Shown here in pieces: positions 51,376 to 60,900 of a stretch of DNA of 64,000 nt. The notes below the pieces were generated by a model that did not search any database, had not been told where the DNA came from, and saw only the letters and a list, made by a program, of their open reading frames with translations. How positions within the stretch are numbered: position 1 is the stretch's first letter; each line of letters begins with the position of its first letter. This DNA is from Ignavibacteriota bacterium (GTDB lineage: Bacteria > Bacteroidota > Ignavibacteria > UBA10030). The stretch spans positions 96,001 to 160,000 of the forward strand of contig OY969585.1 in assembly GCA_963701295.1 (NCBI GenBank), in the 5' to 3' direction. A program made the position numbers and the translations under genes.

Positions 51376-52314
51376 ATGCGCATTCTCATTTTTACTGCTC
51401 TGATTACTTCCTTATTTGGGTGCAGCACAGAACAAAAGGAAACCACCACGAAAGGCCGGCTGCACATTTTCATTCCGGAGTCCATCGCTCCTGTTATGAT
51501 CGACGAGGTGAACGAATTTCTGAGTCTCTACAGACAAAGCGGCGCTCAAATCACATTCACCATTGCTTCATCTGAAACGGCAGCCCGTCGCTTTGTTCAA
51601 GATACCGGACGAATTGTTTTTCTCTCTCGTCCGCTCACGCTGCAAGAAAAAGAGTATACCAAAAAGATTTCCTCCGACTTCAATGAACTGGCTGTTGCAT
51701 ACGATGGAATCGTTGCGGTCGTTCATCCGATAAACAAAGCACAACAGATGACGACAACGGAAATTCAAAAACTTTTGACAGGAACTATCTCGCGATGGGA
51801 ACAACTCGCATTTGCTAAACCGATGAAAGGAACGATCAAAATCTATTACGAGGACTCATCGGACGTCTTAGAATACATTACGCAGCGATTGCTGAAGCAA
51901 GGTGAGACCTACGCAAAAATATCTGCGAAAATCACACGAACTTCTTCCGATCTTCAGACATTGCTGTCAGTAGAAAAAGATCCGATGTCTCTTGGTTTTG
52001 TGGCATTGAGTTGGATTGATTCAGCGCATTCGAAAGCAAAAATCCTCAACCTGGGCCGCACAAAAGAAGACACCGACACGACCTTTGCACCTCCGCCTGA
52101 GTCAGCCGGAAAATTCTTTTCTCCACACCCTGCGTACATTTTTCTTAACTATTATCCTCTCAAACGCACGATTTATATGTACACACGCACACACGTGGAT
52201 TTGGCAGCAGGATTCGGCACATACGTCGCTACAGCGGAAGGTCAAAAGATCTTTCTGAAACGAGGCCTTCTTCCCGGCACGCAGAAGATAAAGTTGAAAA
52301 CGAATCAACCATAA
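51376..52314 (+). CDS. PstS-like (PBP type 2) substrate-binding lipoprotein
   Basis: Lipobox LFGC after ATG 51376 (AAGGA RBS), AYDGIVAVVHP, YPLKRTIYM, EGQKIFLKRGLLP. Confidence 0.8.
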   Translation: MRILIFTALITSLFGCSTEQKETTTKGRLHIFIPESIAPVMIDEVNEFLSLYRQSGAQITFTIASSETAARRFVQDTGRIVFLSRPLTLQEKEYTKKISSDFNELAVAYDGIVAVVHPINKAQQMTTTEIQKLLTGTISRWEQLAFAKPMKGTIKIYYEDSSDVLEYITQRLLKQGETYAKISAKITRTSSDLQTLLSVEKDPMSLGFVALSWIDSAHSKAKILNLGRTKEDTDTTFAPPPESAGKFFSPHPAYIFLNYYPLKRTIYMYTRTHVDLAAGFGTYVATAEGQKIFLKRGLLPGTQKIKLKTNQP

Positions 52315-52359
52315 AATCGAATGTCAATATCTCAAACGTTTTAAACTCTTCAGGGATTA

Positions 52360-55300
52360 TTAAAAATCTGCTCCGAATGACCAGTAATAAAACGGTTCAG
52401 AAAAACCGGAATACTTAAATTGCCATGCAATATCTATCCGCAATGGAATGCCAAGGAGAAATAAACGCGTACCTACGCCAGTCCCTACGAGCAGGTCATT
52501 GAATACTGTTGCACCTGAGCCCGGATCATTGGCCCACATTTTCCAGCTCTTCGAGTCTGTCCATGCTGAGCCTACATCAACAAATGCCGCACCGAGGATA
52601 TCGGCGAACCCAATCGGCAGCGCGCCAAAGATGAGGTACTTTAAAAGCGGAAAACGAAATTCCATATTTGCAACTGCGAAATGTGTTCCAATTTGCTGAG
52701 CGTAGTTGAAACCGCGTAAGGGTAAGACGGGCGTGAGAAATGCAAAATCTTCCACGTTCTTTATAGGAATTTCATTACCTTGAAGTGTTGGATTGATCCA
52801 TCCTTCTGTTCCGCCGATAAAGAAATTTTGCTTATTTCCGCCTGTGCTTATGCCGCCGGAAAGCCGGTACGCAAGGATAAATTCCTTCGCTAATCTATTA
52901 TAGCTTCGATAATCCGCAGTAAAGGTTTGAATATCCAATCCTTCACCTCCAAACTTCGGCGTTCCGTAGAATGTAGCGTTGAAGCGCGAACCATTATTAG
53001 GGCCGAACCATGCCCCCTGCCAGAGCGAATTATCTCTCACATAGCTCACAAGCGGCAGAATAAGCGATCGCTGTTGTGATGGTTCCGACGGATAGTCCAA
53101 ATTATCACGCGACAAATTCAGCCACATCAAAGAACCATCAATCCGGTTAAACCGATCAATCGGATAAGACACCATGGCACCGATCCCCCATGAGCTGAAC
53201 CGGTACAGCGTATCAGACGACGCATCCTCAGGTCCAAGTAAAAGAAACTTTGCATTATGAAATGCCTGGAAACCCCAATCGATGCGCCCTGGTAAATAAT
53301 AGTATGAGAGGCCGTAATCGCTGTTCTTTAAGTCAATGAGTAAATTTGTTTGAAAAACGATTTGATGCTCACCTAGCATATCGCTGAATGCAACGATCGT
53401 ACTTCCTTCCAATCCATAAAACGAACTATAGCCTGCCGCGCCATAGACAAGGTCGGGCGAGAAGTTCAGCTTATAGCGCCGCGGAATGTAATTACCTTCA
53501 CTATCCTGATTGTCGGAGATATCTACTTGCGAAATCGGAGGCGGAGCATTTGTCGTATCGTGCATCGCGTCCGTGGAAAAGACATAATTGGAAAGGTCCG
53601 TTTCAGGACCAGGATGATAGGTTGTCTCTACTCCAACGGTATCGGCAACTACGACAACATCGTTGTGCACCGCTATCGTATCAGAAGTGGGAAGAACTGA
53701 GACAATCTCTTTGGGTTTTTCTTCCCGTGGAAGATGGTATTTCATTTTATAGAATTCAGTCGGCTCCAATGAAGTCACACTGAGTTTCCGGTCTAATGGA
53801 CGCAGCATCAGGTAGATATCAAATCCTGCTTCATTAAGGGATGAGAAAACTAATTTCGATCCATCACGTGAAAGCGAGAGTTGGTACAACCCACTAATGG
53901 AGTTGGTAATGGGATAAAACTTACCGGAGTCCAATGATTGCACATAAAGATTATTAATACCGTTGATATCGGCGATGTATAGAATCTTTTTGCCGTCAGG
54001 AGATAGGACAGGTGAAGACTTGCTGCCGTTCGGTTGTGTGGTAATACGACGAATAGCCCGGGTGGCAATATCGAGCGAGTATAAATCAGATTGTCCAAAA
54101 TCATAATTCCAAATTTTAAAATTTGCCGGCACCATGGATGGCGATGTAATATCTCCCCGGTCCGATGCAAAGTAGATTGTTTTACTATCCGGGGAAAAAA
54201 CCGGGTCCATATCAGAGAAAATATCATTCGTGAGATTCTTCAGCTCTTTTGTAATAAGGTTATAGATGTAGATATCTGACTGCGGCGTTTTAACTCCAAC
54301 AAACGTGAGCATAGTGCCATCTTTACTCCAATCAACCGAGAAGATGCCATCCAAATCAAATTCGATCTTTTCTTTTTCACCAGTTTTGACATTCACCATG
54401 ATAATCGCATCATGTTCCCCTGCTTTGACAGCGAGAGCAATTCTTTTTCCATCTGGGGACCATGTGACACCTGGGGTGAGCAAATGCATTTCTTCCAAAT
54501 CATTTGTCTTTTGCCCGCTCACCACCTTATCAAGAATCTCTCCGTCCAATGCCGACATGATATAGACATCGAAATAATCATCCCTGTCGGATATGAATGC
54601 AATCTTATCGCCTTGTGGAGAAATTGCCGGACTCGTGTTATAGAAGTTATCATCTTTTGTATGGTTCGTCAGCCGCTTATAAGAAAAATCCACGGGTTCT
54701 TCGCGTTTGGCAACATCGGGCCAGTAATACACCTTCTGCTCCTTCTGCCAGCGCTCGGAAAGTTCTTTCACTGTCAGTCCGATGGCAGATCTAAATCCCT
54801 TATCGACACTTCGAGCGCTTTTAATACTGCTGAAGATCTCAGCAATTTTTTGCTCGCCGTATTTGTTGGCAATATAATACCACACAGACTGACCACCCCG
54901 GTATGCAAAGTATCCATTTAAGTATGGAATCGGCGGTAAATAATTGTGTACGGTTGCATCTCGCAGGAACATATCCGAATTATTATCCCACTTCAATGAC
55001 GCATATTCCGCGATGCCTTCGTTCATCCACAACGGCAGCTGTACTGGCGCTTTGTTGGAGATAAGGGATTGGATCGTGCCGCCATAAAACATGTCATTCA
55101 GAACTCCATGAACCAATTCATGGTGTATGACATGCCGGAACTGTCCATAATTTCCTTCAAATGGAACGACGATGCGATTTTTAAAGAGTTCTGTCACGCC
55201 GCCGATTCCTTCTTCCAAATATTCATTAATAACATTTGTTTGTTGAAACTCGTTATGTGAGTTATAGACGACAAAAGAGATACGGTTGTTGATTTCATAT

Positions 55301-55530
55301 CGAAGAAGCTTCTTGATCGATGCATAGGCTGCTTCTGATGCATTGGCAGTGAACTGTGCTATATCATACCCATCCTGCGAGAAGTAGATATCAAAGTGAT
55401 CTGTCTGGATATACTGCCAGTGAAAATTTTTGTATTGGACCTTATTTTTGCCAAAGACAGAATTCTGTGCCTCTCCCTGCACAACCATCCCGCAAAGAAT
55501 TAATCCGATGAGAATGCAACGTTGTATCAT
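52360..55530 (-). CDS. Metallopeptidase + PD40/WD40 propeller + Omp85 barrel protein
   Basis: FGKNKVQY, HHELVH...NEGIAEY zincin motif, SPDGK repeats, PLRGFNY, C-terminal WSFGADF. Confidence 0.85.
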   Translation of the reverse strand: MIQRCILIGLILCGMVVQGEAQNSVFGKNKVQYKNFHWQYIQTDHFDIYFSQDGYDIAQFTANASEAAYASIKKLLRYEINNRISFVVYNSHNEFQQTNVINEYLEEGIGGVTELFKNRIVVPFEGNYGQFRHVIHHELVHGVLNDMFYGGTIQSLISNKAPVQLPLWMNEGIAEYASLKWDNNSDMFLRDATVHNYLPPIPYLNGYFAYRGGQSVWYYIANKYGEQKIAEIFSSIKSARSVDKGFRSAIGLTVKELSERWQKEQKVYYWPDVAKREEPVDFSYKRLTNHTKDDNFYNTSPAISPQGDKIAFISDRDDYFDVYIMSALDGEILDKVVSGQKTNDLEEMHLLTPGVTWSPDGKRIALAVKAGEHDAIIMVNVKTGEKEKIEFDLDGIFSVDWSKDGTMLTFVGVKTPQSDIYIYNLITKELKNLTNDIFSDMDPVFSPDSKTIYFASDRGDITSPSMVPANFKIWNYDFGQSDLYSLDIATRAIRRITTQPNGSKSSPVLSPDGKKILYIADINGINNLYVQSLDSGKFYPITNSISGLYQLSLSRDGSKLVFSSLNEAGFDIYLMLRPLDRKLSVTSLEPTEFYKMKYHLPREEKPKEIVSVLPTSDTIAVHNDVVVVADTVGVETTYHPGPETDLSNYVFSTDAMHDTTNAPPPISQVDISDNQDSEGNYIPRRYKLNFSPDLVYGAAGYSSFYGLEGSTIVAFSDMLGEHQIVFQTNLLIDLKNSDYGLSYYYLPGRIDWGFQAFHNAKFLLLGPEDASSDTLYRFSSWGIGAMVSYPIDRFNRIDGSLMWLNLSRDNLDYPSEPSQQRSLILPLVSYVRDNSLWQGAWFGPNNGSRFNATFYGTPKFGGEGLDIQTFTADYRSYNRLAKEFILAYRLSGGISTGGNKQNFFIGGTEGWINPTLQGNEIPIKNVEDFAFLTPVLPLRGFNYAQQIGTHFAVANMEFRFPLLKYLIFGALPIGFADILGAAFVDVGSAWTDSKSWKMWANDPGSGATVFNDLLVGTGVGTRLFLLGIPLRIDIAWQFKYSGFSEPFYYWSFGADF

Positions 55531-55624
55531 ACAATCCTCAATTCTTTTCAGTCATTACTTCTTAAAAAATAGTGTAGAAAAAAACATATCGAAAAGCAAA
55601 CCAGTGATGAATATATGAGCCTCT

Positions 55625-55685
55625 TCCGCCAGAGTCGGACCCGCCGGACTGCGTAGCCGGCAGGTGTGCTTTTGTCGTAGAGTCT
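55625..55685. repeat. Nested GC-rich REP-like element in an intergenic spacer
   Basis: TCCGCCAGAGTCGGA followed by the inner palindrome CCCGCCGG-ACTGCGTAG-CCGGCAGG, set in AT-rich DNA. Confidence 0.45.
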
Positions 55686-55730
55686 GGAACGCAATGAGTA
55701 CTTAACTCCTTTAATTTCCTTTTCACTGTA

Positions 55731-57944
55731 TCAGTGTTTATGCCGTCGTAATGCTTTCGCTTCTTCTCTTTCGATAAGAGCAAAATCGACTTGGCGTTCT
55801 TCAGGATTCACGCGCACAACTTTGACTTCTAATGTATCGCCCAATCGATACTGTTTATGAGTACGTCGTCCTTTCAATGTGTACTGTTTTTCATCATACA
55901 CATAATAATCGTCACGTAAGTCGCGAATATGTATCATGCCCTGCACAAGCAAATCGGTCAGTTCCACGAAGATGCCGAAGTGTGTGACACCGGAAATCAC
56001 CGCATGGAATTCATCGCCGATATGACGCTTCATATATTCCACTTGCATCACTTTCACAGCAGCACGCTCGGCTTCCATTGCTAACCGTTCCATTTCGGAT
56101 GATTGCTTGGCAATGTACGGCAAGCGTTGACGAAGCGCGTCCAATTCCTTGAGCGAAATTCCTTCGTTATATTGTTTCAGCATACGGTGAACTGCTAAAT
56201 CCGGGTACCGGCGAATGGGAGATGTAAAGTGTGCATAGTAATCGAATGCTAAGCCGTAGTGACCGATATTTCTGTCAGAATATATCGCTTTTGCCATCGA
56301 ACGCAATGCTACTTCGTTGATAACATTCTCAACTTCCGTGCCTTTTATTTGTTCTAAAAGCCGTTGTAAAGATTTAGACGTAACACCACCATCAATGTTC
56401 AACTTAAATCCGAACTTCTCTACAAACAGCGCAAGTTCACCGATTCGTTCCGTATTGGGCGAATCATGCACGCGATAGAGGAATGGCTTTGCTTTCTCTT
56501 CTTTTTTCGCAAATCCAATATGGCGTGCTACGATGCGATTTGCCAAAAGCATAAACTCTTCCACCAATCGATGGCTTTCCAAACGAACTTTTTTTTTGAT
56601 TTTTATCTGTTGTCCATGTTCGTCTAACTCGAATTTCGCTTCGGCAGAATCGAAATCGATACTGCCTTCCTTCAATCGTTTCTCCGTCAGTGCCGTGCTC
56701 AGACGGTACATACTCCGTAAAGATTCGGCGAACGGTCGATCGTTCGGCGAAATTGCATCATTCCGTTCTAATCTTCCAAGAACTTCCTGTACACGCTCGT
56801 AACTGAATCTTTGTTTACTGCGGATGATGCTCTCGACGATCTTATATTCTTTGACACTGCCCCGGGGAGAAATGTTTATGAAGATAGTGAATGCTAACCG
56901 ATCTTCATCCGGGCGCAGGCTGCATAAACCGTTGGAAAGTTTTTCCGGCAGCATGGGAATGACACCGGCAGGGAAATAGACACTTGTACTGCGCTTCAGT
57001 GCCTCTTTATCAAGTGCACTTTCGGCTTGCACATAATATGATACATCTGCGATGTGTACACCGAGGCGGTATTGACTATCGGACAGCAGTTCCAAGGAGA
57101 CTGCATCGTCGAAATCCTTTGCATCTTCCGGATCGATAGTAAAACAAAGCAATTCACGGAGATCGCGCCGGCGATCAATTTCAGACTGTGGGATGTCTGA
57201 TACAATGGCATTCGTTTCATTCAAGACTTCAGCGGGAAAAGTTGTTGGTAAATGATACTCGCGCACAACCGATTGGATTTCCGCCGATAGCTCACCGGAT
57301 TTGCCAAGCACCTCCAATATTCGTCCTTCTGGATTTTGATGAAGTTTTCCCCAACCAACCATTTCTACAACAATTTTGTCGCCTTCTTTCGCTTCGTGGA
57401 GATGTTCCTTAGCAATCAGGATTTCGCGTGCCAGTCGTCGATCATCAGGCACAACAAAGAATTGTTTGTGTACCCGTTCAAGGGTTCCGACAAATGTACG
57501 AATACCGCGCTTGATAATCCGCACTATTTCGCCTTCGCGTCGCGCACCGCGTTCTTTTTGTTTTGCACTTTGTGCTAAAAGTGAAACTTCAACCGTGTCT
57601 CCATGCGATGCATCTCCAAGATTATCTTGCTGGATAAAGAGTTCTTCACCGCCTTCTTCAACCGTTACGACTCCGAAGCCGCGAGACGTCACTTCCAACT
57701 TACCGAAGAAGAGTTGTGCTTTGTGTAGATGGCTGTATCTCTTACCATGGATGCGCGAAATCTTTTGATCATCTTGCAGCGAGCGAAGCGCCATCTTGAA
57801 AAGCTGTTCGTCCTTTTCAGAGCGTATTCCAATACGCCGAGATAATTCTTTTAACTTAAAGGATTCATTCGGAAAACGTGCAAGAAACTGCAGAATACGA
57901 TCATGAAGCGATTCAAAACTCTCGCCAATATTTTTAGCTGACAT
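55731..57944 (-). CDS. rnr: Ribonuclease R
   Basis: FTIDPEDAKDFDDA, VHIADVS, EEFMLLAN, HFTSPIRRYPDL, S1 domain. Start at ATG 57944 (GGAGT RBS). Confidence 0.96.
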   Translation of the reverse strand: MSAKNIGESFESLHDRILQFLARFPNESFKLKELSRRIGIRSEKDEQLFKMALRSLQDDQKISRIHGKRYSHLHKAQLFFGKLEVTSRGFGVVTVEEGGEELFIQQDNLGDASHGDTVEVSLLAQSAKQKERGARREGEIVRIIKRGIRTFVGTLERVHKQFFVVPDDRRLAREILIAKEHLHEAKEGDKIVVEMVGWGKLHQNPEGRILEVLGKSGELSAEIQSVVREYHLPTTFPAEVLNETNAIVSDIPQSEIDRRRDLRELLCFTIDPEDAKDFDDAVSLELLSDSQYRLGVHIADVSYYVQAESALDKEALKRSTSVYFPAGVIPMLPEKLSNGLCSLRPDEDRLAFTIFINISPRGSVKEYKIVESIIRSKQRFSYERVQEVLGRLERNDAISPNDRPFAESLRSMYRLSTALTEKRLKEGSIDFDSAEAKFELDEHGQQIKIKKKVRLESHRLVEEFMLLANRIVARHIGFAKKEEKAKPFLYRVHDSPNTERIGELALFVEKFGFKLNIDGGVTSKSLQRLLEQIKGTEVENVINEVALRSMAKAIYSDRNIGHYGLAFDYYAHFTSPIRRYPDLAVHRMLKQYNEGISLKELDALRQRLPYIAKQSSEMERLAMEAERAAVKVMQVEYMKRHIGDEFHAVISGVTHFGIFVELTDLLVQGMIHIRDLRDDYYVYDEKQYTLKGRRTHKQYRLGDTLEVKVVRVNPEERQVDFALIEREEAKALRRHKH

Positions 57945-57972
57945 TGGTGACTCCGATGGACATGAAAAAACC

Positions 57973-60900
57973 TTAGAATGTGAATCGATAGCCCAACCGA
58001 ACTCCATCTGATGCCCGGCGCTGCTCTTCTGCATTCTGAATGCCTTCTACGCGGCGTTCGATTGTGAGAATGAGGTTGCGGTATCCATCCGAACCGACGA
58101 TGGTGCTGACCGGGAGCTCGACGCTCACATTGGCATTCGTAATATCGTTCAAAACTCTCCCGCCTGCACGGATCACAGTTTCTCCCACCTGTCCCGTCAC
58201 TCGCAAGTCTGTGGATTGAGTAGAAAACTGTCCGCCAATATATATTACATCCACAGATTGGATATAACCCCACGTACTGCGGCGGAGAGCTTCACTAAGA
58301 GGTCCGGTTACCATTCCAGATGCCAAAGCAAAACCGAGATTCGTGCCTATGAGCCCCATACGCTGTTGATCAGTTAGCTCATCGCGAAATTGACCAGAAA
58401 TAATAAAAGCCATCGCATTTGCCTCTTCGTCGCTTCTTCCTTCTTTATCTTCCCATTTCCTCCAGTCTTTATCGGAAAAAGTCTTCGTCTGCAGTGAAAT
58501 TTTCGTCTTCGGCTCATTTCGCGTCCCTGTGACCTGAAGCGTTACTAGTACTTGTTCGTCTACAGTATCTGTGGTACTACCCGTCTTGGTCGCATGATGA
58601 ATACCCTGGTACGTTCCTGACACTTCGAGTTCAGGATTCAAAACATCTCCCGTAAAGAGAAGTTTTCCTGTTGCTTCAAACTTTTTGAAAAAGTCATAAT
58701 ACGATCGGTTGCTGACTTCCACCTGACCTGTCAATCGGGAAATTCCAGGACTTCGGTTAAAGTAAAGGCGTCCCTGGAGATCCGCGAAAAGTTCTTCACT
58801 CGTTTGTGTGTTGAACACGAATCGGAGCGTTGTCGGCCCTTGCGTCTCGATACCAACATCATAGCTGATGCCATCAAGGAACGAGTTGTGCACAGCTTCG
58901 GATAATGGAGACGGAAATTCTGCTCCATTTGCAGCCTTGCCGCTGGTTTGTGGAGATTTTGTTTTCCCATTATACGATTTAAGCTCTTCAGAGGTTTTGG
59001 GAGCAGTTCGCGCTGTATCATCAAGGAATGATACGTTCACGGCACGCGCACGCACAAATTCTACTTCACGTTCCGGCGGTAATACCAATTGCGCATCTTT
59101 GATGAATACATCCCCACGCACCATAGACGCAGAGAGATCTCCTTGCCAGCGAAGTCCTTTCGGACCTGTGGCTGCAAACAAATCACCATAGAGTTTTTGC
59201 CCTACAAATCGTTTATCTTCACTCATTACCTTCAGGTCACCTTGCGCCACTATATCAAAATGTCTGAGATTCAACCCAAGAAGAGTGAAGTTACCCGAGA
59301 CCTTCATCGTTCCAATAGGTTTTGCTCCCTTCGGATCATTCTGGATAGTGAAATGTTCTAGTTGAATGCGATCACCTGCAGGAATCAGGTCGCCATCCAA
59401 GACGTATCGAATACCAAGCGGATCGAACACCAAGCTTGCCTGTTGAATGGACATCGATCCTTCATATTGCGGAGCATCGAAAGGGCCTTTCATTCGCATG
59501 TCACACGTCATCATTCCATTGAGATTGGATATTTCAGGAATAAATGGATCAAGAAACTTTAAATCCATCCCGGTAGCTTTCAGGGTAAGGTCTACCTGAC
59601 CTACAAGCTTGTGCGGTGCCTCTCGTGCGAGTACAAATTCGTACGGTAATGACCCTGAAAGCAGCAAGTCCGGTGATGCTTGTGGATCATCAGAATGACT
59701 TATGAATTTCACAAGCAACGTGAGAACATATTCTGAATATGCAAGGTGTGACTCAACTTTACCGAATACCTGACTCTTATTTTGCAGTACATCTTCCGCA
59801 CGAACTCCATCAGCTTTGAGATCGACGATGATGTTGGGACTTTCAAAACTCCCGCGGAAGGAAGTGATTGCATCTACTCTCCCGCCGAACTGCACGGAAG
59901 ATTTTGCGTATGGTCCGCGATGAAGAACATGTTTCAAATTGGAGAGAAGAAATCCACTGAGCGAAATATTTAAATCCGAGATTCCCGTTGGACTAAAATA
60001 CCCTGAGAGCAACGCTTTTTCTGATTCATGAACCATGGTCAGCGATTGAATATAAAATCCATCACGTCCTAAAACCAGCCGAATCGTATCTGCGTTTTCA
60101 GCAACGTATTGTTCTACTTCAATGTGTAATTCTGGCATCTCAAATTCCATCAAGCTCGCATTGACTCGAGATACACCTCCAATTCTCACTCGCGCTGTCG
60201 AATCGATGAATGCCGAAAATTGAAAAATACTCGAATCGGATTTTACATTGAGCTGACCGGAAAGTTGATTAAAGAGAAAAGCATTAATCGTAAAATTTTT
60301 TAGATCTGTTTCAACCGATGCATCAAAGGTTTGAAATATTGTTTGAGCACTAATTCCACCGAAGGAGTATTGAATTGCTGCCGTATCTACAGTGAGCGTA
60401 TCTGTCCCTGCACGAAGTCCAAATTGTTCAAGGTTCACTTTGCCTTTGAGCTGCAGAGCTGTTGAATCCCCAACAATACTGCCTTCCACAATGCCCTGTC
60501 CGCTCATCGGAATATGGATAAATAGTCCAATTGGTTCGAAATCGTTTACAGTCAAATGAAATTGCGATTCTATAGGAACATTCCTTCTGACACGTGAAGG
60601 TTGAAATTTCTGTTCTGCGGCGATTGTGCCCTTGTGCGAACGGAGAGAGTCCAGACTTTGGAACCGATAAGCGATCGCTTCCGTTACGAGCCGATATGAA
60701 TTATCCCATGCAGCGATAAATGAGCCGGGAGAAAAACGGCCTTCCACATCCAAATCACCTATGGTCGACGTTACCTGTAAATTACTCTGAAGGTTGTCTC
60801 TCAGAGTGAATATTGCCTTCGCTTCTCCCGATTCAAATTCCTCTGTTCCGAATGCCGAACGATAGAAGTCCAAATTTACCGTGTCTGATCGTGCGGTCTT

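Noticed and set aside
55562-55783. 73-aa ORF between rnr and the Omp85 gene
   Set aside because: It overlaps the rnr 3' end, and its LPATQSGGSDSGG segment is the translation of the REP-like element.
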